From NCBI GenBank assembly GCA_963790285.1, contig CAWBNV010000001.1:423891-487890 (forward strand): a DNA stretch of 64,000 nucleotides. The letters are read 5' to 3'. Below, piece by piece: positions 1 to 17,004 of the stretch. Both the position numbers and the translations under genes were made by a program. Below the pieces are notes generated by a model. That model was not told the origin of the DNA, ran no database searches, and saw nothing but the letters and a program-made list of their open reading frames with translations. Source of the DNA: an uncultured Alphaproteobacteria bacterium (GTDB lineage: Bacteria; Pseudomonadota; Alphaproteobacteria; Sphingomonadales; Sphingomonadaceae). Every line of letters begins with the position of its first letter. The stretch's first letter is position 1.

Positions 1-196
1 CGAGGACGACCGGCGACTGGCCCATGCCGAGATAGTCGTTCGAGCACCAGACGGTCACGTCCTGGACGCCGCCGTCGACGTGGCGCTTGGCCTTGGGGAA
101 GGCCCCGCGCTGGCGCTCGAGGTCGGCGAAGATGCGATAGGCCCCCTCCCCGCGCAACGCGTCGAGCTGGTCCTGGAACAGTGCATCGTAGTTCAT
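1..196 (-). CDS. hemA: 5-aminolevulinate synthase, N-terminal part (runs off window)
   Basis: Manual translation from ATG 196 gives MNYDALFQDQLDALRGEGAYRIFADLERQRGAFPKA...VTVWCSNDYLGMGQ. WCSNDYLGM is the ALAS signature, and the position after puhE is typical. Confidence 0.93.
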   Translation of the reverse strand, partial: MNYDALFQDQLDALRGEGAYRIFADLERQRGAFPKAKRHVDGGVQDVTVWCSNDYLGMGQSPVVL

Positions 197-219
197 GGCA
201 ACATCCCCAATCCGTCGCT

Positions 220-1002
220 TTAGCGCGCTTGTCCAGCGCTCGTTGATCCGTTCCCCGCCATGGCCCACCGCCATAGTGCCGCATCCCTGAACGGCAGCAC
301 CAGGAACCAGTGCTCGAGGCAGCCGAGCCCCGCCAGCATCGCCAGCATCGTCAGCCCCGCCGCGGTGGCCGGCGACGCCACCGCCGCCGCTTCGGCGAGC
401 AGCAGCGCCGCCACCGACGCCACTCCGACCGACACCGGGAACAGCCGGTTGAACACCGCGATGCGGAAGTAGCTCTTCAGATAGCCGAGGTGCGCCGGCA
501 GGAAATCGACCGTCAGGTTCGGCACGCCGAGGAAGATGTTGAGCTTGGCCGACACCCGCATGACGAACAGGATGGCGAAGGCGAAGGCCGCGATCTGGTT
601 CGGCTGCCCCCATGTCAGCGCGAGCATCCCGACCGCTGTCGCCGCCAGCGCGATCTCGTGCCAGATCAAGGTCGCCGCGGCCATCCGGAACCGCGCCCAG
701 CCGGTGACGCCGCGCGGCAGGGCCTCGCGGCGCGGGCCGGTGACGACCCCCATCAGGAAGCTCATCTCGTGCCAGCCCCAGACGCCGAGCGCGGCGGCGA
801 ACCCCAGATAGGCGCCGCGGGGGGTCGCGTCGGTCGCGACCGACCTCGCGAGCCACAGCGAGGCGACGGCGACGACGCCCGCGCCGCCGAGGCTCCAGCC
901 GAAGGTCCGGCGCGGCAGGCGGTCGAGGGTGATGACGACGCCGGTCGCGACGAACCACGCGGCGACGACGAACAGCACCGGCAGGACGTGGGCGAACAGC
1001 AT
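220..1002 (-). CDS. puhE: Photosynthetic complex assembly protein PuhE (membrane)
   Basis: C-terminal part of ORF 220..1929, from [11 protein letters not shown]. Hydrophobic, with WGWHEMSFLMG, SAKLNIFLGVPN and LEHWFLVLP. The ATG overlaps the acsF stop (TGATG). Confidence 0.88.
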   Translation of the reverse strand: MLFAHVLPVLFVVAAWFVATGVVITLDRLPRRTFGWSLGGAGVVAVASLWLARSVATDATPRGAYLGFAAALGVWGWHEMSFLMGVVTGPRREALPRGVTGWARFRMAAATLIWHEIALAATAVGMLALTWGQPNQIAAFAFAILFVMRVSAKLNIFLGVPNLTVDFLPAHLGYLKSYFRIAVFNRLFPVSVGVASVAALLLAEAAAVASPATAAGLTMLAMLAGLGCLEHWFLVLPFRDAALWRWAMAGNGSTSAGQAR

Positions 1003-2114
1003 CAGTACGCCGGCACCAGCCGCACCGTCGCCGGGAGCGGATTGGCTTCGCTCCGCGCCGTCATCAGGCGGAGGAACGCGCCGGCGGCGGCGAGCGTATG
1101 GCCGGCGCGGCGAACGAACCCGCCGACCCCGCCCGCGGCCTTCGCGGCCGCGATGCCGTCGCTCGCCCGCAGCATCGCTGCGAGCCCGGCACGGAAGCCG
1201 GGGGCGTCGGCGTCGAGGGTCAGCGGGAAGACCTGACGGCTGATCTCGCTCGTCACCCGGAAGACCGCGAAGTCGTAGTCGTCGATGTCGACCCCCAGCG
1301 CGGCGTGGAACGCCGGGCGGCCATGGTCGCGGACGTACATCGTCGCATAGACCGAGACGAGGAAGAAGCGGACCCACAAGCGGTTGAGCCCGCTCAGCAG
1401 TTTGGGGTCGGCGCGCATCAGCAGGGCGAAGGCGTCGCCGTGGCGGAACTCGTCGTTGCACCACTGCTCGAAGAACTTGAAGATCGGGTGGAAGCGCAGC
1501 TCCGGATTGCGGGCGAGATGGCGGAAGATCGTGATGTAGCGGGCGTAGCCGATCTTCTCCGACAGGTAGACGGCGTAGAAGATGAACTTCGGGCGGAAGT
1601 AGGTGTATTTCTTGGTCTTGGTCAGGAAGCCGAGGTCGACGCCGATGCCGGCGTCCTTGAGCGTGTCGTTGAGGAAGCCCGCGTGGCGCGCCTCGTCGCG
1701 GCTCATCAGCTTGAACAGGTTCCTGATGTCGGGGTTGGTGACGCGCTTGGCGATCTCGGCGTAGAGGATGCAGCCCGAGAACTCGCTCGTCATCGACGAG
1801 ACGAGGAAGTCGATGAATTCCTTGCGCAACGCCGGCTCGAGGCCGTCGAGGACGCCGTCGAACTCGGGCGTCCGGCGGAAGTGGCGCTTGTTGCGGTCCT
1901 CGCGCATTTCGGCGATCAGCGCGTCCCACTCGGCGCGGACGGGGCCGACGTCGATCGCGTCCATCGCGGCGAAGTCGGTCGTGTAGAAGCGCGGGGACAG
2001 CACGGTGTCCTCGGTCGCCATGCCGAAGGTATCGGTGACGCGGCTGCCCTTCGCCTGCGGTGCGGACATCGGCTGTGGCGCGGCGCGCGGGGCGGCGAGT
2101 ACGGCGGCGGTCAC
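1002..2114 (-). CDS. acsF: Mg-protoporphyrin IX monomethyl ester oxidative cyclase (O2-dependent)
   Basis: [19 protein letters not shown], diiron motifs DEARHAG and [18 protein letters not shown]. Start codon uncertain. Confidence 0.96.
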   Translation of the reverse strand: MTAAVLAAPRAAPQPMSAPQAKGSRVTDTFGMATEDTVLSPRFYTTDFAAMDAIDVGPVRAEWDALIAEMREDRNKRHFRRTPEFDGVLDGLEPALRKEFIDFLVSSMTSEFSGCILYAEIAKRVTNPDIRNLFKLMSRDEARHAGFLNDTLKDAGIGVDLGFLTKTKKYTYFRPKFIFYAVYLSEKIGYARYITIFRHLARNPELRFHPIFKFFEQWCNDEFRHGDAFALLMRADPKLLSGLNRLWVRFFLVSVYATMYVRDHGRPAFHAALGVDIDDYDFAVFRVTSEISRQVFPLTLDADAPGFRAGLAAMLRASDGIAAAKAAGGVGGFVRRAGHTLAAAGAFLRLMTARSEANPLPATVRLVPAY

Positions 2115-2404
2115 AGGCCCCTCCCGGTGAAGCTGACTTCGTAGAGCTCGGCCATGCCGAAGTGGCCGGCGAAGCGCGTCCAGGCGCGCAGCAGCAGCCC
2201 GGCGCGGGTCAGCGTCGCGGCACGGCGGACGCGGATCCGCTCGCCGAACGCAACGCGGATCGCCGCGCCGTGGACGCGGACCTTGTCGCCCGGCCCGATG
2301 TCGGGGTTGCCGTCGAGCGCGACATGGGCGTGGAGGCTCTCGTCGCTATGCTCGACCTCGACGGTGCAGGCGATCGTCTCGGACGTCGTCCACCACGCGG
2401 TCAC
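2111..2404 (-). CDS. bciE: Small AcsF accessory protein (BciE-like)
   Basis: 97 aa from GTG 2404: [16 protein letters not shown]...PGDKVRVHG...[18 protein letters not shown]. It lies directly upstream of acsF, as BciE does in alphaproteobacterial phototrophs. Confidence 0.78.
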   Translation of the reverse strand: MTAWWTTSETIACTVEVEHSDESLHAHVALDGNPDIGPGDKVRVHGAAIRVAFGERIRVRRAATLTRAGLLLRAWTRFAGHFGMAELYEVSFTGRGL

Positions 2405-2913
2405 AGGTCGATCCTCCCGTCGATCGCGGCGCGGCTCGGCACCGGGCGGTGGGCGACGAGCAGGTCGGCGAACGACTGGCGGTTGGTCGGGCCGAAGCTG
2501 CCGAGCTCGATACTGCGCCCGGTCGCGGGATCGGCCAGCGTCAGCGCGTCGTCGGCGAACAACGTCAGCACGAACGGGGCGGACGGCCCGACGCCGCGCA
2601 GCTTGCGGTCGCGCGCCATGCCGCGGAGCACGCCGCGGATGAAGCCGTTGTTGACGCCGTGCGGCAGGACCGCGGCGGTCGTGCCGCGGCCAACGTCGGC
2701 GATGACCAGCGCCCCGTCGCCGCGATCGGTGAAGCGCAGCGTCCGCGTCTCGATGGCCGCGACATGGTGCGCGGCGCGGTCGCTGCTCGCGGTCGGAACC
2801 CGCGGCAGGTAGCCGAGCTTGGGACCCGCCGCGAGGCCGATCGTCATCGCGATCAGCACCCCCGCCCCGAGCAGCGGCGCCAGCGGGAACGGCTTGTCGT
2901 CGATCTCGCTCAT
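2401..2913 (-). CDS. puhC: Photosynthetic complex assembly protein PuhC
   Basis: MSEIDDKPFPLAPL..., LRFTDRGDGALVI, GFIRGVLRGMARDR, LADPATGRSIELGSFGPTN; synteny. Confidence 0.9.
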   Translation of the reverse strand: MSEIDDKPFPLAPLLGAGVLIAMTIGLAAGPKLGYLPRVPTASSDRAAHHVAAIETRTLRFTDRGDGALVIADVGRGTTAAVLPHGVNNGFIRGVLRGMARDRKLRGVGPSAPFVLTLFADDALTLADPATGRSIELGSFGPTNRQSFADLLVAHRPVPSRAAIDGRIDL

Positions 2914-3560
2914 GCCGCGAGCGGCCGGGCCGGAGCGTAGTCGGGAGCGTCGGCGGCGGTGACCGCGAACGCCTCGCGGCGGCCGGGAACGGCGGCGGCG
3001 AGCGCGTCGGCGAGCAGGCGCGCGACCGCCTGCGGCTCGGCCACCCCGCGGAGCATCGGCTCGGGCGTGCCGACGCGCCACGGCCGGACGTTCGGCCACA
3101 GATGGATGAAGCCGAGGCGCGTCTCCTTGCACGCCAGCGGCAGGTCGCCGGTCCCGTCGGCGTGAATCTGGAGCCCGGCCGAGACGATCTGGCCGAACGG
3201 CAGGTTGACGCACTTGGGCAGCGCGATGCCGAAGCGCAGGACGACACGGCGGTTGGTGACCGTGTACACCGTCGCCCGCGCCGCCAGCCAGCCGAGCAGC
3301 GCCAGCAGCCCGACTGCGCCAAGCCCGACGCCGACCGTCACCGCCATCCCGCGCAGCGCCACGGCCGGCAGCGCATGGCCGAACGCCAGCGTCAGCGCCG
3401 CCCAGCCGACGAGCACGGCGAAATAGGCCGCGACGAGGTGGGTGTGGAAGGCGCGCCGCGCGAGCGACGTCCACACCGGCGACCCCTGCCAGACGATGTA
3501 CTCGCCGTCGGGCAGGTGCCCGGGCAGGCCGCGGACCGGCTCGTTCGCATACTCGCTCAC
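2910..3560 (-). CDS. puhB: Photosynthetic complex assembly protein PuhB
   Basis: EPVRGLPGHLPDGEYIVWQGSP, YTVTNRRVVLRFGIALP, LWPNVRPW; synteny after puhA. Confidence 0.92.
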   Translation of the reverse strand: MSEYANEPVRGLPGHLPDGEYIVWQGSPVWTSLARRAFHTHLVAAYFAVLVGWAALTLAFGHALPAVALRGMAVTVGVGLGAVGLLALLGWLAARATVYTVTNRRVVLRFGIALPKCVNLPFGQIVSAGLQIHADGTGDLPLACKETRLGFIHLWPNVRPWRVGTPEPMLRGVAEPQAVARLLADALAAAVPGRREAFAVTAADAPDYAPARPLAA

Positions 3561-4336
3561 AGGAACGGCTCGTAGCGCGAGCGCTTGGCGTAGAGGTAGC
3601 CGCCGCCGAAATAGCCCATCACCTTCTCCTCCTCGAGCCGGGTGATCTGGTTCGGGCTGGCGAGCACCGGCGCGTCGGCGAACTGGTCGCTGCGGACGGC
3701 GTCGACCATGATCCGGCCGCGCCGCTGGTGGACCTGGAGCATCTTCGCCGGGATCGTCACGGTGCGCGGGACGACGCCGTCACCCATCGTCCGCACTTCG
3801 TAATAGCGGATCAGCCGCTCGGCCTGGTCGACCCAGACGTCGGTGCAGATACCCCCCATGCGGTCGTCGCAGCCGAACACCGGCATGCCGACCGGCGAGC
3901 GGTCGCCGCGCGCGACGCTGAAGCCGTGCGACTGCGTCATCGGCACGATCTTGGGTTCGCCGCTCTCCCACAGCATGTCGGGGACGTCGAGGCGGTTGCA
4001 CCACGCCGCCGGGCCGACGCCGTCGACGAGCGGGTTGCCGGTCGGCTCGAGCGGCGCCCCGGCGTACGGCGAGACGCGGCGGGCGTTGGGGTTGGGCGCC
4101 TCGTACTCGCGCTTGCCCGGCTTGTAGACGATGCCGAGGCCGTGGTTCAGGCGGAAGCTCTTGTCGACCGGGCGGAAGATGCTCGGCCGGCCGACCTTGC
4201 CGTTGTCCTCCTCCATCGGATAGCCCTCGCGATGGTCCTCGCGGCGCAGGTAGATGACCAGCCCGATGAAGAACAGGAAGAAGGCCCAGAGCGCGAGCTC
4301 GGCATAGTCGGTGTTGCCGATCAGAACGACATTCAT
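3557..4336 (-). CDS. puhA: Photosynthetic reaction centre H subunit
   Basis: From MNVVLIGNTDYAELALWAFFLFF (single TM), LRREDHREGYP, PTGNPLVDGVGPAAW, QITRLEEEKVMGYFGGGYLY. Confidence 0.95.
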   Translation of the reverse strand: MNVVLIGNTDYAELALWAFFLFFIGLVIYLRREDHREGYPMEEDNGKVGRPSIFRPVDKSFRLNHGLGIVYKPGKREYEAPNPNARRVSPYAGAPLEPTGNPLVDGVGPAAWCNRLDVPDMLWESGEPKIVPMTQSHGFSVARGDRSPVGMPVFGCDDRMGGICTDVWVDQAERLIRYYEVRTMGDGVVPRTVTIPAKMLQVHQRRGRIMVDAVRSDQFADAPVLASPNQITRLEEEKVMGYFGGGYLYAKRSRYEPFL

Positions 4337-5790
4337 GCGCAGATCCCTTCGGGCAGGCCGGCGACGAGGTGCCGGGGAGTAGAGGCGCGTCCGGCCAGCG
4401 GGCCGATCGCGACGAGCGTGGCGAACAACAGGACGATCTCGAGGCAGTAGAGCGCGCTGTACGCGCTCGCCGGGCCGGTCAGCGCCGAGCCGAGGTCGCC
4501 GCGGGCGGCCGCGGCAGCGACGACGTCGCGGACGACGCCGGCGAGCGCGATGGCAAGGCCCGCGCACGACGCCTGGACCGCGCCCCATGCGCCGATCGCC
4601 AGCCCCGACTGGCCCTCGGCCAGCTCGCTCGCGACCGCCATCGCCGCGGTCAGCGTGCCGACCGCGAACAGCCCGCCGCCGAAGCCGACGCCGACCACCG
4701 CGAGCCCGAGCAGCGCCGGCGACCCGAGCGGGCCGGCGAGCGCGACCGCGGCGAAGGCGACCAGCCCGGGAACGACGCCGTAGCCGGCGAGCCGCGCCGG
4801 ATCGTACGCGCGGCCGAGCAGGCGGGCGGCGAGGCCGAGCCCGAGCAGCGTGCCGAGCGCCCACAGCGCGGTCAGCGACGTCGTCGCTCCGACCGTCATC
4901 CCGAGCACCTCGCCGCCGTACGGCTCGAGCAGGACGTCCTGCATGTTGAACGCCGCTGCGCCGAGGCCGACGGCGACGAGCAGGCGAACCGTGCGCGGCA
5001 CCGCGATCAGCGCGCGCCATGCGGCAGTGAAGGTCGGGGCCGGCCCGACGAGGTCGACCCGCGTCGCCGCCGGCCGCCGTGCTTCCTGCTTCCACAGTGC
5101 GAACAGGTTGACGACCATCGTCAGCGCGCCCGCGCCCTGGACGACCTTGACCAGCTTGAGCGCCGAAAAATGATGGAGCAGCGCGCCGACGACCAGCCCC
5201 GACACCAGCATGCCGACGAGCAGCATGACGTACATCAGCGCGACGACGCGCGGCCGGCTGGCGGCGGGCGCGAGGTCGGTGGCGAGCGCGAGGCCCGCGG
5301 TCTGGACGGTGTGCATCCCGGCGCCGACCAGCAGGAAGGCGACGCCCGCCCCGACCAGCCCGACCGTCGGCGATCCCGTCGTGTCGCCCGACATGATCAG
5401 CAGCGCGAACGGCATGATGGCGAAGCCGCCGAACTGGAGCAGCGTCCCGAACCAGATGTACGGCACCCGCTTCCACCCGAGGATCGAACGGTGGTTGTCG
5501 GACTTGTGGCCGATCAGCGCGCGCAGCGGGGCGAAGACCAGCGGCAGCGAGACCATCATCGCCACCAGCCACGACGCGACGTGGAGCTCGACGATCATCA
5601 CCCGGTTGAGCGTGCCGATCAGCATCACCGCCGCCATCCCGACGGTGACCTGGAACAGCGACAGGCGGAACAGCCGGGCGAGCGGCAGCTCGGCCGACGC
5701 CGCATCGGCAAACGGCAGGAAGTTGGTCCCGAGCCGCGCCCAGAAGCGCGTCGAGCGCTTGACGCCGACGGGAAGCGCGACCGCGCTCAC
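4333..5790 (-). CDS. lhaA: LH1 assembly MFS protein (PucC/LhaA family)
   Basis: FLPFADAASAELPLARLFRLSLFQV, GTLNRVMIVEL, MQDVLLEPYGG; lies between bchM and puhA. Confidence 0.9.
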   Translation of the reverse strand: MSAVALPVGVKRSTRFWARLGTNFLPFADAASAELPLARLFRLSLFQVTVGMAAVMLIGTLNRVMIVELHVASWLVAMMVSLPLVFAPLRALIGHKSDNHRSILGWKRVPYIWFGTLLQFGGFAIMPFALLIMSGDTTGSPTVGLVGAGVAFLLVGAGMHTVQTAGLALATDLAPAASRPRVVALMYVMLLVGMLVSGLVVGALLHHFSALKLVKVVQGAGALTMVVNLFALWKQEARRPAATRVDLVGPAPTFTAAWRALIAVPRTVRLLVAVGLGAAAFNMQDVLLEPYGGEVLGMTVGATTSLTALWALGTLLGLGLAARLLGRAYDPARLAGYGVVPGLVAFAAVALAGPLGSPALLGLAVVGVGFGGGLFAVGTLTAAMAVASELAEGQSGLAIGAWGAVQASCAGLAIALAGVVRDVVAAAAARGDLGSALTGPASAYSALYCLEIVLLFATLVAIGPLAGRASTPRHLVAGLPEGICA

Positions 5791-6511
5791 GGCCGCACCA
5801 GCTCGAGCGCCTGGCTCGTGTAGAAGCCACCCGACACGCGCTCGGTCCGCCCGGCCCAGCCGGGGAGCGCCGACGCGAAGCCCTGCCGCAGCGTCGCTGC
5901 GGTCACCGGGATGATCGCCGGGGCGCGGTCGCCGCGCGGGAACAGCTTGCCGGCAGTGTGCATCGCGGCGAGCAGCGGCGTCCGCGGCGCGAAGGTGAAG
6001 GCGAGGCTGCGCCGGGTGCGCCCGGCGAGCGCGGCGACCGTCGCGACGATGTCGGCGGCCGGGTAGTGGATCAGCGAGTCCATCGCGACGACATGGTCGA
6101 ACGAGCCGAGGGGCGCGTCGCGCCCGAGCATGTCGCCGACGCGCCAGTCGATGCTGCCGCCGGCCACGCCCTCGTCGTCGAAGCGCGCCGGCGCACGGTC
6201 GCGGGCGATGGCGACGAGCTGGGCGGAGATGTCGATCGCCGTCACCCGCGCGCCCCGGCGCGCGGCCGCGACGGCGAGCGCTCCCGTCCCGCAGCCGGCA
6301 TCGAGCAGGCTCAATCCCGTCATGTCGCCGGGCAGCCAGTCGAGCAGAACGCCGCGCATCGCGTCGCGCCCGGCGCGCACCGTCGCCCGGATGCGGCTGA
6401 CCGGCGCGTCCGACGTCAGCGCCGCCCAGGCATCGAGCGCGGTGCGGTCGAAATACGTCTCGAGCCGCCCGCGATAGGCGTCCCAGCTGGTCGAGGGGGC
6501 AACGCTCGCCA

Positions 6512-6512
<1 letters not shown>
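5787..6512 (-). CDS. bchM: Mg-protoporphyrin IX O-methyltransferase
   Basis: RLETYFDRTALDAW, SAM motif LLDAGCGTG, VAMDSLIHY, FTFAPRTPLL. Confidence 0.95.
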
Positions 6513-11157
<4,645 letters not shown>

Positions 11158-11168
<11 letters not shown>

Positions 11169-12729
11169 AATGCGACTTCGCCTCGTACAGCGTGTCGAGA
11201 TCGATCGCGGCGAGCCCGCGGTCGGCGGCGAACTTCTCGGTGTTGCGCCGGGCCTTGCCGCGGACGAAGAAGGGGATCTTGCCGAGCTCCTTCGTCGCGT
11301 CGGCGGTCCAGGCGATGTCGTTGGCGGCGACCAGCTCGCCCGCGGTGACCAGCGCCGGGTCGGCGGCCGGTGCGACGGCCGGGACCGCTGCCGCCGCGCC
11401 GTGGCCGCCGAGGTGCGACGCGCCAGCGGCGTCGTTGAACTCGAAGTCGTCGCGGAACATCGTCAGCAGATGCTCCTCCAGCCCCATGACGAGCGGGTGG
11501 ACCCACGTGTCGAACAGGACGTTCGCGCCCTCGTAGCCCATCACCGGCGAGTAGCGCGCGGGGAAGTCCTGGACGTGGACCGGGGCCGAGATCACCGCGC
11601 ACGGGATGCGCAGCCGCTTGGCGATGTGGCGCTCCATCTGCGTGCCGAGGACCAGCTCGGGGTGGGCGGCGGCGATCGCCTCCTCGACGGCGAGATAGTC
11701 GTCGGTGATCAGCGCCTCGATACCGTACTTCTTCGCCGCCTCGCGGATGTCGCGGGCGAATTCGCGGTTGTAGCAGCCGAGCCCGACGACCTCGAAGCCC
11801 ATCTCCTCGGTCGCGACGCGCGCGGCGGCGACGGCGTGGGTCGCGTCGCCGAAGATGAAGACGCGCTTGGCGGTCAAGTAGGTCGAGTCGACCGAGCGCG
11901 AGTACCAGGGCAGGCGCGAGCCGTTGGCGGCGATCACCGGCGCGGGGTCGACCCCGCAGACGGCGGCGACCTCGCGGACGAAGTCGCACGTCGCGCCATA
12001 GCCCATCGGCACGGTGCGGATCGCCGGCTGCGCGAACGTCTTCTCGAGCCACCGCGCGGCGGTGTCGGCGGTTTCGGGATAGAGGACGACGTTGGCGTCG
12101 GCGAGCCCCAGGCGAGCGAGGTCGGCGGGCGACGCCCCCATCGGCGCGACGACACCGACGTCGATGCCGAGCTGGCCCAGCAATTTTGTGATCTCGACGA
12201 TGTCGTCGCGGTGGCGGAAGCCGAGCGCCGTCGGGCCGAGCAGGTTCACCACCGGGCGGCGGCCTGCGCGCGGGGTGCGGATCACTGTCGTGTCGGCAAG
12301 CGTCCGGACGAGCGCGTAGAAGGTCTCCGCCGCGCCCCAGTTCTCCTTGCGCTGGTAGCTCGGCAGCTCGAGGTTGATCACCGGCACCGGCAGCTCGAGC
12401 GCTTTGGCAAGGCCCGCGGGATCGTCCTGGATCAATTCGGCGGTGCACGACGCGCCGACGAGCATCGCCTGCGGCTGGAAGCGGTCGTAAGCGTCGCGGA
12501 TCGCCGACTGGAGCAGCTCGGCGGTGTCGGTCCCGAGGTCGCGCGCCTGGAACGTCGTGTACGTCACCGGCGGGCGCGCGTCGCGGCGCTCGATCATGGT
12601 GAACAGCAGGTCGGCGTAGGTGTCGCCCTGCGGCGCGTGGAGGACGTAGTGAACCCCCGTCATGCCGGTCGCGACGCGCATCGCCCCGACGTGCGGCGGT
12701 CCTTCATAGGTCCAGACGGTCAGCTGCAC
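11158..12729 (-). CDS. bchB: Dark-operative protochlorophyllide reductase subunit B
   Basis: GTG start ([18 protein letters not shown]), [19 protein letters not shown]-terminal PCP-red domain [15 protein letters not shown]. Confidence 0.96.
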
Positions 12730-12731
12730 CG

Positions 12732-14513
<1,782 letters not shown>

Positions 14514-14523
14514 TGCGTCGCCT

Positions 14524-14541
14524 TGTCGGTGCGTCGTGACA
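14524..14541. promoter_or_regulatory. PpsR/CrtJ operator TGT-N12-ACA upstream of bchF
   Basis: TGT cggtgcgtcgtg ACA is a perfect consensus match, about 10 nt upstream of the bchF start. Confidence 0.8.
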
Positions 14542-14566
14542 GAAAACTACGTCCACGCGCCCGCAG

Positions 14567-14602
14567 GTGTCAACATGGCTTTACGTCCAATTTTGTTGAC
14601 AC
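14567..14602. promoter_or_regulatory. Divergent bchF/ppaA promoter region with two near-consensus PpsR sites
   Basis: TGT-N12-ACG (14568-14585) and CGT-N12-ACA (14584-14601). The perfect 9-bp inverted repeat GTGTCAACA...TGTTGACAC gives a TTGACA on each strand. Confidence 0.65.
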
Positions 14603-14728
14603 TAAGATGTTTGTGATCGGCCCTGAATGAGCGTTGCCAAATGTTTCGCGCCGCCATAGCCTCGACCCCCACGGCACAAACGGCTGGTTCAAGGCCGGCC
14701 GGGAGCTTGCCGGTAGGGGGAGGCCGCG

Positions 14729-15566
14729 ATGGCGTCGGTACACGAAGGAGCGACGGGCGGCCCCTCGCAGCGGGCGCGGTCGGGCGACGCGTCGCCGCTG
14801 CGGATGGCGCGGCTGATCGAGGGCGAGATCATTCCGCGGCTGCTCCTTGCCCATCGCGCGGAGCGCGGCTGCACGCCGCCGGTCCCGGCCTTCACGGCGG
14901 ACGCGGCGGTGGCGTTTGCGCACCTGACGCTCGATGCGGAAGTGTTCACGCTGCTGGCGCAGATCGACGGGCATCTCGATCGGGGCGTGCCGCTCGAGTC
15001 GGTCTACCTCGACCTGCTTGCCCCGACAGCGCGGGTTTTGGGAGACTTCTGGGACAACGACGTCTGCGACTTCGTCGACGTGACGATGGGCATGTGGCGC
15101 CTCCAACAGGTCATTCACGAACTCGGCAACCGCGCTCCGTGCCCGAGTGCGCGGACGCGCGCCGACCGGCGGGGCCTGTTCACCGTCGCGCCGGGCGATC
15201 AGCACAGCTTCGGACTGGTGATGATCGAGGACTTCTTCCGCCGCGCCGGGTGGCGGACGTGGAGCGCGCCCGACGCCGCTCCGGTCGAGCTGGCGGCGAT
15301 CGTCGGCCGGCAATGGTTCGAACTCGTCGGGCTGACGGTCAGCACCGGCGAGCGGATCGCCGCGCTGCCGTCGCTGCTCGAACTCGCTGCGCGCCGCCTC
15401 GCTCAACCCGGACGTCCGCATCCTCGTCGGAGGGCGGGTCTTCACCGAAGCTCCCGCCCTGGCGCAGCAGGTCGGGGCGGACGGCACGGCGATCGACGCG
15501 GCGCATGCGCTCGCGGTGGCGGAGCGGCTGCTTGACGGCCCCCACCGCCTCGCCCGACTCGGCTGA
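14729..15566 (+). CDS. ppaA: Cobalamin-binding antirepressor PpaA/AerR (frameshift near 15381)
   Basis: IEGEIIPRLLLAH, YLDLLAPTARVLGDFWDNDVCDFVDVTMG, B12-binding GDQHSFGLVM. After a frameshift it continues LRAASLNPDVRILVGGRVF...VGADGTAIDA to the TGA at 15564-15566. Confidence 0.88.
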
Positions 15567-17004
15567 GCACGCGACCAGCGATCGCAGCGACGCCCAGATC
15601 GATTTCGCCTCGCCAGCGACGACGCTCGGCGGCTTTGACCCCGACCTCGCCGCGCGGCTGACGACCGTCGCCGCCGACATCGCGCTTGTCATCGACCGTG
15701 ATGGGATCATCCGCGACGTCGCCATCGCCCTGCCCGACCTCGCCCGCGAGCCGCTGGCGCCGTTGCTCGGCCGGCGCTGGGTCGAGACGGTCGGCCCCGA
15801 CAGCACGTTCAAGGTCGACGAGATGCTGCGGACGACGCCGCCGCGGGGGGTCGGCCGGTGGCGGATCGTCAACCAGCAGCGCGGCGACGGCGAGCCGACG
15901 CTGACCCTGCGCTTCATGACGGTCGGAGCGGGCGACGACGGTAAGGTCATCGCGCTCGGTCGCGATCTCCGCGCCACCGCCGCGCTCCAGCAGCGGCTGC
16001 TCCACGCGCAGCAGTCGATGGAGCGCGATTACCTGCGGCTGCGCGAAGCCAAGTCGCGCTATCGCCTGCTGTTCGACCTGTCGGCCGAGCCGGTGCTGAT
16101 CGTCGACGCAGCGACCAACCGCTTCGTCGAGGTCAATCCGGCCGCCCGCCGGCTCGCCGGCGGCGACGCGACGACTGCCGCCGGGGCATCGTTCGCCGGC
16201 ATCTTCGATCCCGGCAGCCGCGACCGTGCCAGCGCGGTCCTCGCCGCCGCCGCGGCCAGCCTTTCGGCCGACCCCGTCGATGTCCGCCTCGCGGGTGGGC
16301 GCGACTGCCGCCTGTCGGCGACGCTCTACCGCCACGACCAGTCGACTTATGTCCTCGCCCGGCTGACGCCGCTGGTCGAAGCGGCGGTCCCCGACGACGG
16401 CCGGCAGATGCTGATCGACGTTCTCGAGCGCCTCCCCGACGCCTTCGTCATCACCGATCCGCGCCTCGACATCCTTGCCGAGAACGCCGCCTTCCTCGAC
16501 CTTGCCCAGCTCGCCCGCCGCGAGCACGCGCGCGGCCAGTCGCTGCGCGACTTCCTCGGTCGCCCGGCGATCGACCTCGACCTGATCGTCGCCCACCTCG
16601 AGGACGCCGGATCGGTGCGCAACTTCGCGACGATCTTCCGCAGCCGAACGGGTCTCGTCGACGAGGTCGAGGTCTCGGCGGTCGCCGTCCGCGACGGCGA
16701 GGCGCCGTGCTTCGGCTTCGCCATCCGCAGCGTCGGGCGGCGGCTCCGCGACGACCCGGCGGCACCGGGTCGCGACCTGCCACGCTCGGTCGAGCAGCTG
16801 ACCGAGCTCGTCGGCCGCGTCAGCCTGAAGGATATCGTCCGCGAATCGACCGACCTGATCGAGCGGCTGTGCATCGAGGCGGCGCTCGCCTACACCGGTG
16901 ACAACCGCGCGTCCGCCGCCGAGGTCCTCGGCCTGTCGCGGCAGAGCCTGTATTCGAAGCTCCACCGCCACGGCCTCGGCAACCTTGCCGGAGGCGACGA
17001 ATGA
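15532..17004 (+). CDS. ppsR: Photosynthesis gene repressor PpsR
   Basis: PAS domains (DIALVIDRDGIIRDV; LQQRLLHAQQSMERDY) and a Fis-type HTH with the redox Cys (IERLCIEAAL...DNRASAAEVLGLSRQSLYSKL). Putative TTG start after GGAG. Confidence 0.93.
   Translation: MTAPTASPDSAEHATSDRSDAQIDFASPATTLGGFDPDLAARLTTVAADIALVIDRDGIIRDVAIALPDLAREPLAPLLGRRWVETVGPDSTFKVDEMLRTTPPRGVGRWRIVNQQRGDGEPTLTLRFMTVGAGDDGKVIALGRDLRATAALQQRLLHAQQSMERDYLRLREAKSRYRLLFDLSAEPVLIVDAATNRFVEVNPAARRLAGGDATTAAGASFAGIFDPGSRDRASAVLAAAAASLSADPVDVRLAGGRDCRLSATLYRHDQSTYVLARLTPLVEAAVPDDGRQMLIDVLERLPDAFVITDPRLDILAENAAFLDLAQLARREHARGQSLRDFLGRPAIDLDLIVAHLEDAGSVRNFATIFRSRTGLVDEVEVSAVAVRDGEAPCFGFAIRSVGRRLRDDPAAPGRDLPRSVEQLTELVGRVSLKDIVRESTDLIERLCIEAALAYTGDNRASAAEVLGLSRQSLYSKLHRHGLGNLAGGDE

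Noticed and set aside
14641-17004. 787-aa extended PpsR, and similar long N-terminal extensions of puhE, puhA, bchM, glcE, pucC, piuC and shc
   Set aside because: The extensions are Arg/Pro/Ala-rich off-frame read-through of upstream genes, caused by stop-codon scarcity in high-GC DNA.
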